Shown one piece after another: positions 1 to 10,335 of a stretch of DNA of 64,000 bases. This DNA is from an uncultured Acidobacteriota bacterium (GTDB taxonomy: Bacteria; Acidobacteriota; Thermoanaerobaculia; Multivoradales; JAGPDF01). Under the pieces are notes generated by a model that did no database searches, was not told where the DNA came from, and was given only the letters and a program-made list of their open reading frames with translations. Numbering within the stretch: the first letter of the stretch is position 1; each line of letters starts with the position of its first letter. A program made the position numbers and the translations under genes. Location: NCBI GenBank assembly GCA_963781755.1, contig CAWAGZ010000013.1, positions 65,749 through 129,748 of the forward strand. Direction: 5' to 3'.

Positions 1-1712
1 CCGCCTCGGCCCCGGACAGCATCTCCTCGGCGTGCTCCTTGGAGACCGAAGTGACCCGCGAACCGGAGACCATCCGGGCGATCTCGCCGACGCGGTCCTC
101 CCGCTCGAGGGTGACGACGTCGGCGAAGGTGCGCCCGGCCCGACTCCGCTTGGCCACCCGGAGGTGTCGGTGGGCGAAGCTCGCGACCTGGGGCAGGTGG
201 GTGACCGCGAGGATCTGCCCCCGCCGCGCGAGCCGCGCGAGCTTGCGTCCCAGAGCCGCCCCCTGTGCCCCCCCGAGTCCCGCGTCGGCCTCGTCGAAGA
301 CCAGGGTCGGTCCGCCCCCCACCTCCTCGCCGTGCGCGGCGAGCTGCAGGGCGAGGGAGACGCGGGCCAACTCGCCTCCGGACGCGGTGCGGGCCAGGGG
401 CAGCAGCGGCTCGCCCGGGTTGGGCGCGAACAGGAACTGGACGCGATCGAAGCCGTGCGCTCCGAACTCCACCGCCTCACCGGCGACCTGCAGCGGGCTG
501 TCGCCACGGCGGGTGCGCTCGAGCGCGACCTCGAAGCGGGTGCCCTTCAGGGCGAGCTCGGTGAGCTCGTCCTCGAGCCGTTCCGCGAGACCGCTGCCCC
601 AGCGCCGGCGGGCTTCGGACAGCTCCTCCGCGGCGACCCGGTACTCCTCGAGCGCCAGCTCGGCCTCGGCCACGAGCTCCTCGCGGTGACTGGAGTCGTC
701 CTCGAGCTCGGCGAGCTCGGTCCGGATCTCGTCGCGCCGCGCCAGGATCCCGGCCGAGTCGCAGCCGTACTTGCGCAACAGGCGCTCGATCACCGCCAGG
801 CGCGCCTCCACCGCGTCCAGGCGGCCGGGCTCGGTCTCGATCTCCGCCAGCCGCTCGGCCAGCGCCCGCCCGAGCTCCGCGGTGCGCGTCTGCAGCTCCT
901 CGAGCTCCGCGAGCGCCCCGGCGGCGGTCGGTTCCCAGGCCGAGATCGCCGCGAGCTCCTGCCGGGCCAGGGCGAACCTCTCGGTGGCGGCGCCCTCGTC
1001 CTCGACCAGCGCGTTGAAACCGGCCGCGAGGGCCTGGAGGATCGCCTCGCCGTGGCGCAGGACGTCGCGGTCGCGGCGCAGGTCGTCCTCCTCCCCGGCG
1101 GAGAGCCCCGTCTCGTCGATCTCGCGCGCCTGGAACCGCAGCAGATCGAGCCGCTCCTGACGCAATCGCCGGTCGCCGCTCAGCCGCTCGAGACGATCGG
1201 ACACCGCGCGCCAGCGCTCGAAGGCGGCGGCCGTCTTCGCCAGCAGCGGTAGCGCCGGCGCGCCCCCCGCGCGATCCAGCCACTCGCGCTGCAGCTCGGG
1301 ATTCGCGAGACCCAGCTCCTCGCGCTGTCCATGGATGCGGAGCAGCGAGGGGGCGATCTCCTGCAGCAGGCGCAGCGTCGCCGGCTGGTCGTTCAGGAAC
1401 ACGCGGTTGCGACCCTCGCGGCCGATCTCACGGCGCACGACGAGCTCGTCGGACTCGGCGTCCAGGCCTGACTCGACCAGTCGACCGCGCGTCTCCGGCG
1501 AGAGGTCGAAGACTCCGGCCACCGCCAGCGTCTCCGCCCCCTCGCGCACCAGGTCGCTCGCCGCCCGCGCCCCGGCCAGCAGGCCGATCGAGTCCACGAC
1601 CAGCGACTTGCCCGCGCCCGTCTCGCCGGTCAGGACGTTGAATCCGGGTCCGAGCTCGAGCTCGCCGCCGGCGAGGAGCGCGAGATTGCGAACGTGGAGG
1701 CTTCTGAGCACC
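1..1712 (-). CDS. recN: DNA repair protein RecN, C-terminally truncated by the window edge; GTG start at ~1710-1712.
   Basis: Reverse-strand translation gives MLRSLHVRNLALLAGGELELGPGFNVLTGETGAGKSLVVDSIGLLAGA at the N-terminus and QILAVTHLPQVASFAHRHLRVAK near the window start, the RecN P-loop and signature regions. Absent from the ORF track because it runs off the window. Confidence 0.85.
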
Positions 1713-1738
1713 GCGCCGCTCCCCGTCCGCTCCCCGGC

Positions 1739-2125
1739 TCACCCGCGGGTGAAGGAGGGAACGTACTCGGGATCGTCCTGGCTCCGCCGCTCCGAGCACA
1801 GGAAGTCGTAGAAGCCGCACCGGGCGGTCCCGGGGTAGGACCTGCAGATGGCCGGACGGGCGTCGTAGACGCCACAGCGCCGGGTCTCCGGATCCAGGAA
1901 CCGGCAGGCGGTGCCGAAGACCTCGTCCCGCTGGTGGCGCAGGACCCGCATCTCGCGCCCGTCCACCCGGGCTTTCTTGGTGAAGCGCCGTTCGGCCACC
2001 GCCTCCGTCAGGCCGAAGGACGCGGCCAGACGGGCGAGGTCCGCTGCCGTCACCTCGATGTAGTCGTAGGTGCAGCAGTAGGCGGGGCAGTTCGAGCAGT
2101 TGTACTGGCGGCGCGTGCGCGGCAC
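1739..2125 (-). CDS. YkgJ/UPF0153-family cysteine-cluster (putative Fe-S/Zn-binding) protein.
   Basis: 128 aa with CSNCPAYCC and CRFLDPETRRCGVYDARPAICRSYP cysteine motifs typical of the family. Confidence 0.7.
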   Translation of the reverse strand: MPRTRRQYNCSNCPAYCCTYDYIEVTAADLARLAASFGLTEAVAERRFTKKARVDGREMRVLRHQRDEVFGTACRFLDPETRRCGVYDARPAICRSYPGTARCGFYDFLCSERRSQDDPEYVPSFTRG

Positions 2126-2165
2126 CGCCCCATTCTATCCACGGACCGGCGTCACGACGACACGG

Positions 2166-3167
2166 TCACCTGGCGCCTGCCTCCAGGGGCTCGATCTCGA
2201 TGCGGTCCCGACCCTGGTTCTTCGCCCGGTAGAGCGCCCGGTCCGCGGCGGCGACGAGGTCGTCCAGGCTGCGCACCTTCGGCGCCACGCCGGCGACGCC
2301 GAACGAGCAGGTCACGGCGATCGAGCCCGTGCCGCAGTCGAAGGGACGGTCCGCGAAGGTGCCCTTCATCCGCTCCGCCATCTTGGCCGCGCCGGCGAGG
2401 TCGGTCTCGGGGCAGAGCACCCCGAACTCCTCACCCCCCACCCGCGCGAAGATCTGCTCGGGCCGCAGCATGCCGCCGACGCGTGCCGCGAGCTGCTTGA
2501 GGACGCTGTCCCCGCACAGGTGACCGTGGGTGTCGTTGATCACCTTGAAGTGGTCGATGTCGAAAAGGACCAGCGCCAGCGGCCGGTCGTGGCGGGTCGC
2601 CCGGGCCACCTCGCGCGCACCCTCCTCCTGGAACTTGCGCCGGTTGTAGACCTCGGTCAGGCCGTCGCGCATGACCATCTGGTAGATCGCCTCGTGGTAG
2701 GCGTGCTCCACGTCGCGCTCCTGGAGGAACTTGAAGTGCACCGAGCCGACCTGGAAGCGGTCCCCCGTGCGCAACTCCACCGTGCTCCGGACCTGGCGGT
2801 CGTTGACGAACGTCCCGTTGCGGCTACCGAGGTCCTCGACCTCCACGTGGTCGCCCTTGTGGAGCAGACGGGCGTGGCTGCGCGACAGCGACGGCACCTC
2901 GGGCAGGCTGATGTCGGCAGAGGGCGACCGCCCGATGTCGATCGTGCCGCCCGGGGCAAGCGTGAAGCGGTTCCCGAGCTTGCGGTTCTCCGGGTGCGCG
3001 ATCAGGATCACCGCCGCGTCGTAGTAGCTCTCGGGAGCGGCCGCTCGGGCGAGCTCGGGGATGGTCACCGGACCGGTGACCCGGCGGACCCGGGCGACCT
3101 TGGTCGCGGAGAGGCCCTCCGTCGAGGGGTCTCGCGTGTCGGAGTCCTTGCGCTTCCGCTTCTTCAC
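2166..3167 (-). CDS. FHA-domain-containing diguanylate cyclase (GGDEF variant GGEEF).
   Basis: FHA motif (IGRSPSADISLPEVPSLSRSHARLL...GSRNGTFVNDRQV) followed by a GGDEF domain (DHFKVINDTHGHLCGD...RVGGEEFGVL...DRALYRAKNQGRDRI). The track ORF extends to 3647 in an Arg-rich overlap. The likely true start is the GTG at ~3165-3167, overlapping the upstream stop as GTGA. Confidence 0.8.
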   Translation of the reverse strand: MKKRKRKDSDTRDPSTEGLSATKVARVRRVTGPVTIPELARAAAPESYYDAAVILIAHPENRKLGNRFTLAPGGTIDIGRSPSADISLPEVPSLSRSHARLLHKGDHVEVEDLGSRNGTFVNDRQVRSTVELRTGDRFQVGSVHFKFLQERDVEHAYHEAIYQMVMRDGLTEVYNRRKFQEEGAREVARATRHDRPLALVLFDIDHFKVINDTHGHLCGDSVLKQLAARVGGMLRPEQIFARVGGEEFGVLCPETDLAGAAKMAERMKGTFADRPFDCGTGSIAVTCSFGVAGVAPKVRSLDDLVAAADRALYRAKNQGRDRIEIEPLEAGAR

Positions 3168-3949
3168 GGCCGCTCGTCTCCCGCCGCAGCCAGCTCCAGG
3201 AAGCGTCCGAAGAGGCCCGACGCCTCCGGCGACGGACGCAGCCGCGCCGCCAGGCGGTCGATGCCGCCCGCCCCCGGAGCGTACGTCCCGCGATAGAGCG
3301 AAGCGCGCTCGAGGACCGCCCGGTCGTCCATCTCGACGTGGAACTGGCAGCCCCAGACCCGCCGTCCGGCGATCCGGAAGCACTGGTTCGGACAAGCGGC
3401 GGTCGTCGCCAGCTCGATCGCACCCGGCGGCAGCCGGCGAACCCGGTCGCGGTGCCCCAGCTGCACGGGAAAGCTCCCGGGGAGCCCGGCGAACAGCGGG
3501 TCGCGCCGCCCGGCGTCCGTCAGATCCAGGTCGAATGTCCCCACCTCGGCGCGATCGACGTCGACGATCACCTCGCCGCCCAGCGCCTGCGCCACGAACT
3601 GGTGCCCGAAGCACGAGCCCAGCAACGGACGACCTGCCTCGATCCAACGCCGGACGAGGTCGGTGAGCGGTGCGGTGAAGGAGTGGGGCTCGGTCACCGA
3701 GTGCGCACCGGCGCCCCCCAGCACCAGGACGTCGCCCTCCCCGAGCTCCCGGGGGGCCGGCACCGGGGCCTCGAGCAGGTTGAGGAAGCGGAACCGGTCC
3801 GCCGCCAGTCCGGACCTACGGACGAAGCAATCCTGCTCCTGGCGTTCGGCGGTCGGGTCGTCGCGGACCTGGAGCACGGTCACCCGGAGACCCGAGACGC
3901 CCGGACGGTTCACGGCGAGTTGCGGGGTCATGCGCGTTCCTCGAGCCAC
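3164..3949 (-). CDS. Class-I glutamine amidotransferase (GATase1) domain protein; start may be the second Met at ~3931.
   Basis: VLVLGGAGAHS...GSCFGHQFVAQALGG...FHVE, a GATase1 catalytic Cys/His pattern; translationally coupled (GTGA) to the downstream FHA-GGDEF gene. Confidence 0.8.
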   Translation of the reverse strand: MARGTRMTPQLAVNRPGVSGLRVTVLQVRDDPTAERQEQDCFVRRSGLAADRFRFLNLLEAPVPAPRELGEGDVLVLGGAGAHSVTEPHSFTAPLTDLVRRWIEAGRPLLGSCFGHQFVAQALGGEVIVDVDRAEVGTFDLDLTDAGRRDPLFAGLPGSFPVQLGHRDRVRRLPPGAIELATTAACPNQCFRIAGRRVWGCQFHVEMDDRAVLERASLYRGTYAPGAGGIDRLAARLRPSPEASGLFGRFLELAAAGDERP

Positions 3950-4044
3950 ATCCTACCCGCTCGGAGCGCCCGGCCGGAAGCTGCCCGTCACCGCCGCCGC
4001 GAGGACGCCGGCACCGGAGCGGCCGGCCCCGTCACGACGCCGTC

Positions 4045-4953
4045 TCAACCGCCTCCGAAAATGGAGCGCAGGACGTTCTTGGCGACCTCCGGATTCTCGC
4101 GCAGCCGCCGTGTCGAGTACGGGTACCAGTCCTTGCCGTACGGGACGTAGACGCGCAGGCGATGTCCGCCCTCGAGGAGGATCTTGCGCAGGGCGGGCTC
4201 GACGCCCAGCAGCATCTGGAACTCGTAGCGCTCGCGCGGGACCCGGTATCGGTCGATCAGGGCCAGGGCGCCGCACACCAAGTGCTCGTCGTGGGTCGCG
4301 ACCCCGGCGTAGATCCCGCTCGCGAAGAGCTTCTCGAGCGCCGCCAGGAAGTTGAGCCGCACCGTCTCGTAGCCTTTGAAGGCGATCGCCCGGGGCTCGA
4401 TGTAGATTCCCTTGCACAGGCGCACGTTGGTGCGGTCGTCGGGGAGCGCGGCGATGTCCGAGAGCGTCCTGCGCATGTAGGCCTGGAGCACGACCCCGAG
4501 GTTGCCGTACCGGGGCTGGAGGGTGCGGTAGACGTCCAGCGTGGCATCGGTGGTCGTCGCGTCCTCCATGTCGAGGCGGACGAAATTGCCGTGATCGCGC
4601 GCCGACGAGGCGATCCGCTCGAAATTCTCCAGGCAGAACGAACGGTCGATCTTGAGGCCGACGGCGGTCGGCTTGACCGAGATGTTGGCGTTCAAGCCAC
4701 GCTCCCCGATGGCGTCGAGCATGCGGACGTACTCGTCCGTGCTGGCGACCGCCTTGGAGCGCTCCTTGACCTCCTCGCCGAGCAGGTCGAGGGTCGCCAT
4801 CGCGCCCTCCGCGGCGAGCTCCTCGATCTTGCGCAGGGCGTCGTCCAGCGTCGGGCCGGCCACGTAGCGGCGCGCCACCCGGCCCACGATCGGCTTGGGC
4901 ACCAGGGGCAGGCCCCGTCGGATCAGCCAGGAGAAGAGTCCTGCCATCGGCAA
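4045..4953 (-). CDS. Proline dehydrogenase (monofunctional ProDH family).
   Basis: 302 aa with a good match to the ProDH TIM-barrel (VKPTAVGLKIDRS...LDMEDATTTDATL...LQAYMRRT...CKGIY). Confidence 0.85.
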   Translation of the reverse strand: MPMAGLFSWLIRRGLPLVPKPIVGRVARRYVAGPTLDDALRKIEELAAEGAMATLDLLGEEVKERSKAVASTDEYVRMLDAIGERGLNANISVKPTAVGLKIDRSFCLENFERIASSARDHGNFVRLDMEDATTTDATLDVYRTLQPRYGNLGVVLQAYMRRTLSDIAALPDDRTNVRLCKGIYIEPRAIAFKGYETVRLNFLAALEKLFASGIYAGVATHDEHLVCGALALIDRYRVPRERYEFQMLLGVEPALRKILLEGGHRLRVYVPYGKDWYPYSTRRLRENPEVAKNVLRSIFGGG

Positions 4954-4971
4954 CCTCCGGAGGGTCGGCGC

Positions 4972-6315
4972 TCAGCCGCCCTGAACGATCCCGGACTCCG
5001 GGAGCTCGACCACTTCGTCGGCGACCCAGCGCACCGCCCGCGAGCACGGGCAGACGCCGCCGACGCGGCGCAGCTGGGGCATGACGCGCTGCGCCTCCTC
5101 TGCGGTCCTCTCCCCCGCCGCGACCTGGCGCAGCGCCTCGACGTAGTCGGCGAAATCCCGCGTCGCGCGATAACCGTCCGGAAGGGTCCGGGAGAGGTGC
5201 CCGAGGAAGCCGTCCACGTCGTCGAAGGTCACGCCGTCGACTCCGACCATCCCGAAGGCCGGGACCCCCCGGCGCCGGAAGTAGCCGCGGTCCGGCAGGC
5301 GGAGGAGGTCCTCGAAGCGGACGCCCTGGCGGGTTTCGCGGTCCGCCTCGAACCCGTCGAGCAGCTCCTCCGCGGTCGCCGCCGTGAGCTTCGGGAGACG
5401 CGCCCGCAGGTAGCGCAGGTTGAGATCGCGGACAACCTTGGCGATCTCCTTCCAGTACTGGTCCTGCGCCTCGGCGTTCTTCATCGGCTTGAGGCCGAAG
5501 CGGACGTTCGTGCCGCCGCCGCGCTCGTCGCCGAACATCTCGAGCGCGCGCGGGACCCACTTGTAGAGGTGCTTCTGGATCACCTCCATGGTGATCATCT
5601 GCGACCCCTTCGCGGCCTTGACCACCCAACGCCTCAGCGGCACGACCCCGGTGGCCAGGTGGTACGCCTCCTCGCGCAGCATCTGGGGCATCGACTCGGC
5701 CATCGGCGCGTAGGCCGAGACCTTCTGCATCGCCAGCTGGTACTTGCCCACGCGATCGATGAGGGCGCAGAACACGATGTTGTCGACGAAGGACTCGAAA
5801 TCGATGTTGAAGGCCCCCAGGACGTGGGAGCCGGTGCGCATCGAGAGGATCTCCTCGAGCATCTCCTCGCTCGACTGCCCGGTGATCGGCTTCCAGTCGT
5901 CCGAGACCAACAGGTGGAGCATCTGGTAGCCGTGGCGCAGCTCCTCGGCCATCATGCGCAGGACCATCGCCTGCTCCTCCTCGTCCTGCGCCCGCGCGAG
6001 GGTGAGCTGATGCTGCTGGATCGAGCCGAACTCCGTCGAGGCCTGGGCCCGGATGGCTGCGGCCAGGTGCTGCGCCGCATCCGGCTTCATCTCGCACGCG
6101 CGGCGGTACTTGTCCTTGCCCGCTTCGTCACCGCACTCGATCGAGCACGGCATGCCGCACTCGCGGTAGGCGCAGAGACGGAAGCGCGGATCGCGCGGGA
6201 AGAACCGTTCCCAGTTCTCGATCAGGTAGTCGAAGTCGGGCAGGAACGTCTGCCGCCACTTCTCGACCGCGGCGTGGAATCGCCGGGGCAGCTCGTCGGT
6301 CTCGACATTGGCCAT
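4972..6315 (-). CDS. BoxB-like diiron oxygenase (benzoyl-CoA 2,3-epoxidase subunit B / phenylacetate-catabolic diiron family).
   Basis: 447 aa. AEELRHGYQMLHLL and MLREEAYHLATG diiron E..H motifs and DRVGKYQLAMQK resemble BoxB (VEEGRHLWAMVYLL / MLTEEAHHMFVG), as recalled from memory. No boxA/boxC nearby. Confidence 0.55.
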   Translation of the reverse strand: MANVETDELPRRFHAAVEKWRQTFLPDFDYLIENWERFFPRDPRFRLCAYRECGMPCSIECGDEAGKDKYRRACEMKPDAAQHLAAAIRAQASTEFGSIQQHQLTLARAQDEEEQAMVLRMMAEELRHGYQMLHLLVSDDWKPITGQSSEEMLEEILSMRTGSHVLGAFNIDFESFVDNIVFCALIDRVGKYQLAMQKVSAYAPMAESMPQMLREEAYHLATGVVPLRRWVVKAAKGSQMITMEVIQKHLYKWVPRALEMFGDERGGGTNVRFGLKPMKNAEAQDQYWKEIAKVVRDLNLRYLRARLPKLTAATAEELLDGFEADRETRQGVRFEDLLRLPDRGYFRRRGVPAFGMVGVDGVTFDDVDGFLGHLSRTLPDGYRATRDFADYVEALRQVAAGERTAEEAQRVMPQLRRVGGVCPCSRAVRWVADEVVELPESGIVQGG

Positions 6316-6329
6316 GGGTCGCGTGTTCC

Positions 6330-6779
6330 TCAGTCCCGAAGCTCGATCACGAAGGGGCGCAGGCTGTCCGGGGCGAAGCCGGTGCGGACGAAGAAGCGCT
6401 CGACCTGCGGCATGGCCTCGTCGACCATCGTGCGCACCCGCCGGATGCCGCGGCTGCGGTAGCGGGCGAGCATCTCAGCCGCCAGGGCGGTGCCGACTCC
6501 ACGGCCCGCGAACTCCGGATCGACCCCGATGACCTCGATCCAGCCGCTCGGCTCCTCGATGCCGAACTCGCCGGCGCGGACGTCGCCGAGCATGAACCCC
6601 ACCACCCGTCCGCCCGACTCGGCGACCACCGAGCCCTCCGGGTCGCGCCTCAGGTAGTAGGTCACCCGGTCCTCCCAGAGGTCCGGCTGATAGACGCTGC
6701 GGGTCTTCTCGCCGATCCGGACGATATCTTGGAGGTCGAGCTCGGACAGAGCTCGGACCTGGATCGGGGCGTCGGTCAC
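6330..6779 (-). CDS. GNAT family N-acetyltransferase.
   Basis: 149 aa; acetyl-CoA-binding motif VIGVDPEFAGRGVGTAL. Confidence 0.8.
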   Translation of the reverse strand: MTDAPIQVRALSELDLQDIVRIGEKTRSVYQPDLWEDRVTYYLRRDPEGSVVAESGGRVVGFMLGDVRAGEFGIEEPSGWIEVIGVDPEFAGRGVGTALAAEMLARYRSRGIRRVRTMVDEAMPQVERFFVRTGFAPDSLRPFVIELRD

Positions 6780-6868
6780 CTGGGAGTCCTCATCCGATCC
6801 ATTCTAACCAGCGGCGGCTGCGACGCAAAGCACTCTCCTCGCGCCACTTTCGACGCCGGCCGCGATTC

Positions 6869-7823
6869 TCAGGGGGCGGAGGCCGGCGCCTCGCGCAGGG
6901 GACGGCCCACCTGCTCGTGCGCGTGATAGCTCGAGCGCACCAGCGGCCCCGACTCGCAGTGGGCGAATCCGAGCTCGCCGGCATGAGCCTTGAGCTCGGC
7001 GAACTCCTCGGGCGGGACGTAGCGCTCGACCGGGAGGTGCTTCGAGGTCGGCTGCAGGTACTGGCCGATGGTGAGCACCTCGACGCCCGCCGAGCGGATC
7101 TCCCGCAGGGTCGCCCGGACCTGGGCGGGCGTCTCGCCCAGCCCGACCATGATCCCGGTCTTGACCCGGCCGTCGAAAGCCCCGGCGTCCCGCCGCGAGG
7201 CCGCGTCCGCGAGCAGCGCGAGGCTGCGGTCGTAACGGCTGCCCGGGCGGGCGCGGTGATAGAGCTCCGGCACGGTCTCCACGTTGTGGCTGAAGATCTG
7301 CGGCCGGGCTCCGAGCACGACGTCCAGAGCGTCGGCGACGCCGCGGAAGTCCGGCGTGAGCACCTCCACCGAACAGTCGGGAGCGCGCCGGTGGACGGCT
7401 TCGATCACCTCCGCCCAGTGCCGCGCGCCGCCGTCCTCGAGGTCGTCGCGGTCGACCGAGGTGACCACGACGTGACGCAGCCTCATGCTGGCGACCGCAT
7501 CGGCGAGACGCTCGGGCTCTCCCGGGTCGGTGCCGGCCGCCGGCCGCCCCGAGGTGACGGCGCAGAATCCGCATCGCCGGGTGCAGATCTCGCCCAGGAT
7601 CATGAAGGTCGCGGTCCCGTGCTCGCCCCAGCACTCGTAGATGTTGGGGCAGCGGGCCTCCTCGCACACGGTGTGCAGGCTCAATCCGTCGACCAGACGG
7701 CGCACCGTGTGGTACTGCGCCGGCGTCGCGATCCGGATCCGGAGCCACTCCGGCCGAGGCTCACGCCGCGGCCGCCCGTCCGGTGGCCGCCGCTTCCCGA
7801 TCTGAACCAGTTCCTCCGCCATG
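6869..7823 (-). CDS. lipA: Lipoyl synthase.
   Basis: Internal Met of track ORF 6869..8725: MAEELVQ...CEEARCPNIYECW...CTRRCGFCAV, the radical-SAM CxxxCxxC plus the auxiliary cluster cysteines. Confidence 0.9.
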
Positions 7824-7827
7824 CCCG

Positions 7828-8715
7828 TCAGTCTAGTACGGCCGCCGCAGGCTCGAAGTCGAGGGCGACGTCGAGCGCCGGGGCGCTGTGCGTGATCCAG
7901 CCGACCGAGATCCGGTCGACGCCGGTCTCGGCCACCGCGCGGACGGTCTCCAGGGTGATGCCGCCCGAGGCCTCGAGCAGGACGCGGCCGCGGTTGGCGG
8001 CCACGGCCCGCCGCAGGTCCGCGAGCGCGAAGTTGTCCAGCAGCACGACGTCCGGAGCGGCCGAGATCGCATCCTCGAGCGAGTCGAGCCGGGCCACCTC
8101 GACCTCCACCCGGACGCCGCTTCCGACGTTGTCGCGGGCGCGCCGGACCGCATCGCCCGGTCCGCCCGCCAGGGCCAGGTGGTTGTCCTTGATCAGGACG
8201 GCGTCGTCGAGCCCGAAGCGGTGGTTCGCGCCGCCGCCGCAGCGCACCGCGTACTTCTCGAGCGAGCGCAGCCCGGGGGTCGTCTTGCGCGTGTCGAGGA
8301 TCACCGCCCGGGTCCCCGCCACGGCGTCCACCAGGCGCCGGGTCGCAGTCGCGATGCCCGACAACCGGCCGAGCAGGTTCAGGCTCACCCGCTCGGCGGC
8401 GAGCAACTGCCGGGCCGGGCCCTCGAGCTCCGCCAGCACCGTGTCGGCGGGAACGCGATCGCCATCGGAGGTCCGGCGCTCCAGCCGGGGCGGAGGGCCC
8501 AGTCGAGCGAGGATCCATTCGACCAGCGGCAGGCCGGCGACGACCCCGGGCCGGCGAGCCACGATCCGGCCGCGGGCGCGCGCGTCGGCCGCGATCAGCG
8601 CCCGCGAGGTGATGTCGCCCGAGCGGCCCAGGTCCTCGGCCAGCGCCGCCTCGAGGCACGCGCGCCAGGACGCCTCGGGCGGCAGATCGGGGCCCCCGCT
8701 CTGCGCCGGACTCAT
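7828..8715 (-). CDS. nadC: Nicotinate-nucleotide pyrophosphorylase (quinolinate PRTase).
   Basis: MSPAQSGG...VLIKDNHLALAGG...ASGGITLETV, the QPRTase fold. Start ATG at ~8713-8715 overlaps the nadB stop as ATGA. Confidence 0.9.
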   Translation of the reverse strand: MSPAQSGGPDLPPEASWRACLEAALAEDLGRSGDITSRALIAADARARGRIVARRPGVVAGLPLVEWILARLGPPPRLERRTSDGDRVPADTVLAELEGPARQLLAAERVSLNLLGRLSGIATATRRLVDAVAGTRAVILDTRKTTPGLRSLEKYAVRCGGGANHRFGLDDAVLIKDNHLALAGGPGDAVRRARDNVGSGVRVEVEVARLDSLEDAISAAPDVVLLDNFALADLRRAVAANRGRVLLEASGGITLETVRAVAETGVDRISVGWITHSAPALDVALDFEPAAAVLD

Positions 8716-10334
8716 CCCGCCGCACCCGCCTGCGGATCGTCGGGTCCTTCGAAGCGAATGTGCAGCTCGGCGGCGTCGGCCCGCGCCGTCATCGTCTGGC
8801 GACGCCGCCAGGCCTCCCGCTCGTGCGGGAAGTCGGAGCGGAAGTGGGCCCCCCGGCTCTCCTCGCGGCGCAGCGCCGCGGCCGCGACCAGTGTCCCCGC
8901 GGCGAGCAGGCTGCGGGTCTCCGAAGCGCCCGGCGGCAACCTCTCCCACAGATCGGCCAACCGGCCCAGGGCAAAGAGCAGCCCGGCCCGATCGCGCACC
9001 AGTCCGAGCTTCGACCCGGCGAGCGCGCGGATCCGCTTGCGCAGCAACGGCGCGGCGCGGCGGGGATCGCCCCGCCCGGCCGGCGGATCGTCCCGAGCGT
9101 CGAGATCGCGCTCGGACCGTGCCCCTCCGGCCGCCTCCCGGAGGCTCTCGGCGACCCGGGCGCCGAAGACCAGCGCCTCGAGCAGCGAGTTGGACGCCAG
9201 GCGGTTGGCGCCGTGGACGCCCGTGGACGCGACCTCGCCGCAGGCCCAGAGCCCGTCCACTCCGGTACGCCCGCCGTCGTCCACCGCGACGCCCCCCATG
9301 TGGTAATGCGCCGCCGGAACGATCGGGAGCCGCTCGACGCGGGGATCGAAGCCGGCCTCCCGGCAGGCGGCGAAGACGCTCGGGAACCGCTCCGGGAAGG
9401 CCTCGCCCACCGCGTCGCGCGCGTCCAGGAAGACCCGGCGTCCTTCCGCCAGCCGGCGCCAGATGGCACGCGCGACGACGTCGCGTGGCGCCAGCTCCCC
9501 CGCCTCGTGCTCGGCGGCCAGGAAGCGCTCTCCGCGGTCGTCGACCACCACGGCGCCTTCGCCGCGCAGCGCTTCCGTCAGCAAGGGGAGCGGGTCGGTG
9601 CCCACCGCCAGCGCAGTGGGATGGAACTGCACGAACTCCAGATCGACCAGGCGCGCTCCGGCCTGTGCCGCCAGCAGGAGCCCGTCCGCCGTCGCCTCCA
9701 CCGGATTGGTGGTGAAGCGGTAGAGCTGACCCGAGCCACCGGTCGCCAGGACGATCCGGGGTGCCGCGTGCAGCGTGCGCTCGCCGTCGGAGCCGCGCGC
9801 CAGGACCCCGACGATCCCGCGCCCGCCGTCCACGATCCGCTCCACGAACACGCCCTCGAAACGCTCGACGCGATCCTCGTGGCGCACCTTTTCGGCCAAC
9901 GCGCGGACGACCTCGGCACCGGTGGCGTCACCCCGGGCGTGGAGGATGCGCCGTCGGCTGTGGGCCGCCTCCGCGCCGAAGGCGAGGTCGCCGCCCGCGC
10001 CGTGGTCGAACTCCGCCCCGATCGCGATCAGGCGTTCGACCGCCAGGACGCCGTCGCGCGCGACGACCTCGGCGACCCTCGGATCGACCAGCCCGGCGCC
10101 GGCCGCGACGGTGTCGGCCGCGTGGAGCTCGGGCGAGTCTCCCGCTCCGAGCGCCACCGCGACTCCGCCCTGGGCCCGGGGGCTCGAGCCCGATTCCAAC
10201 AGCGCGGTCTTGGTCAGCAGGTGGACGCGCAGGCCGGCGGCGGCCGCTCCGAGCGCGGCGGTCAGGCCCGCGACGCCGGTGCCGACCACGACGACGTCCG
10301 CGGTGCGGCGATTCCAGCGCGCCGGGGTGCTCAC
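8712..10334 (-). CDS. nadB: L-aspartate oxidase.
   Basis: 540 aa; FAD-binding VVVVGTGVAGLTAAL, RAQGGVAVA, HYHMGGV and the C-terminal RGAHFRSDFP. Confidence 0.9.
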   Translation of the reverse strand: MSTPARWNRRTADVVVVGTGVAGLTAALGAAAAGLRVHLLTKTALLESGSSPRAQGGVAVALGAGDSPELHAADTVAAGAGLVDPRVAEVVARDGVLAVERLIAIGAEFDHGAGGDLAFGAEAAHSRRRILHARGDATGAEVVRALAEKVRHEDRVERFEGVFVERIVDGGRGIVGVLARGSDGERTLHAAPRIVLATGGSGQLYRFTTNPVEATADGLLLAAQAGARLVDLEFVQFHPTALAVGTDPLPLLTEALRGEGAVVVDDRGERFLAAEHEAGELAPRDVVARAIWRRLAEGRRVFLDARDAVGEAFPERFPSVFAACREAGFDPRVERLPIVPAAHYHMGGVAVDDGGRTGVDGLWACGEVASTGVHGANRLASNSLLEALVFGARVAESLREAAGGARSERDLDARDDPPAGRGDPRRAAPLLRKRIRALAGSKLGLVRDRAGLLFALGRLADLWERLPPGASETRSLLAAGTLVAAAALRREESRGAHFRSDFPHEREAWRRRQTMTARADAAELHIRFEGPDDPQAGAAG

Positions 10335-10335
10335 T

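Noticed and set aside
2166-3647. The full-length track ORF for the FHA-GGDEF protein (493 aa) starting at 3647.
   Set aside because: The first ~160 residues are Arg-rich and overlap the GATase gene in another frame. A GTG at ~3165-3167 forming a GTGA overlap with the upstream stop gives a 334-aa protein beginning just before the FHA domain.
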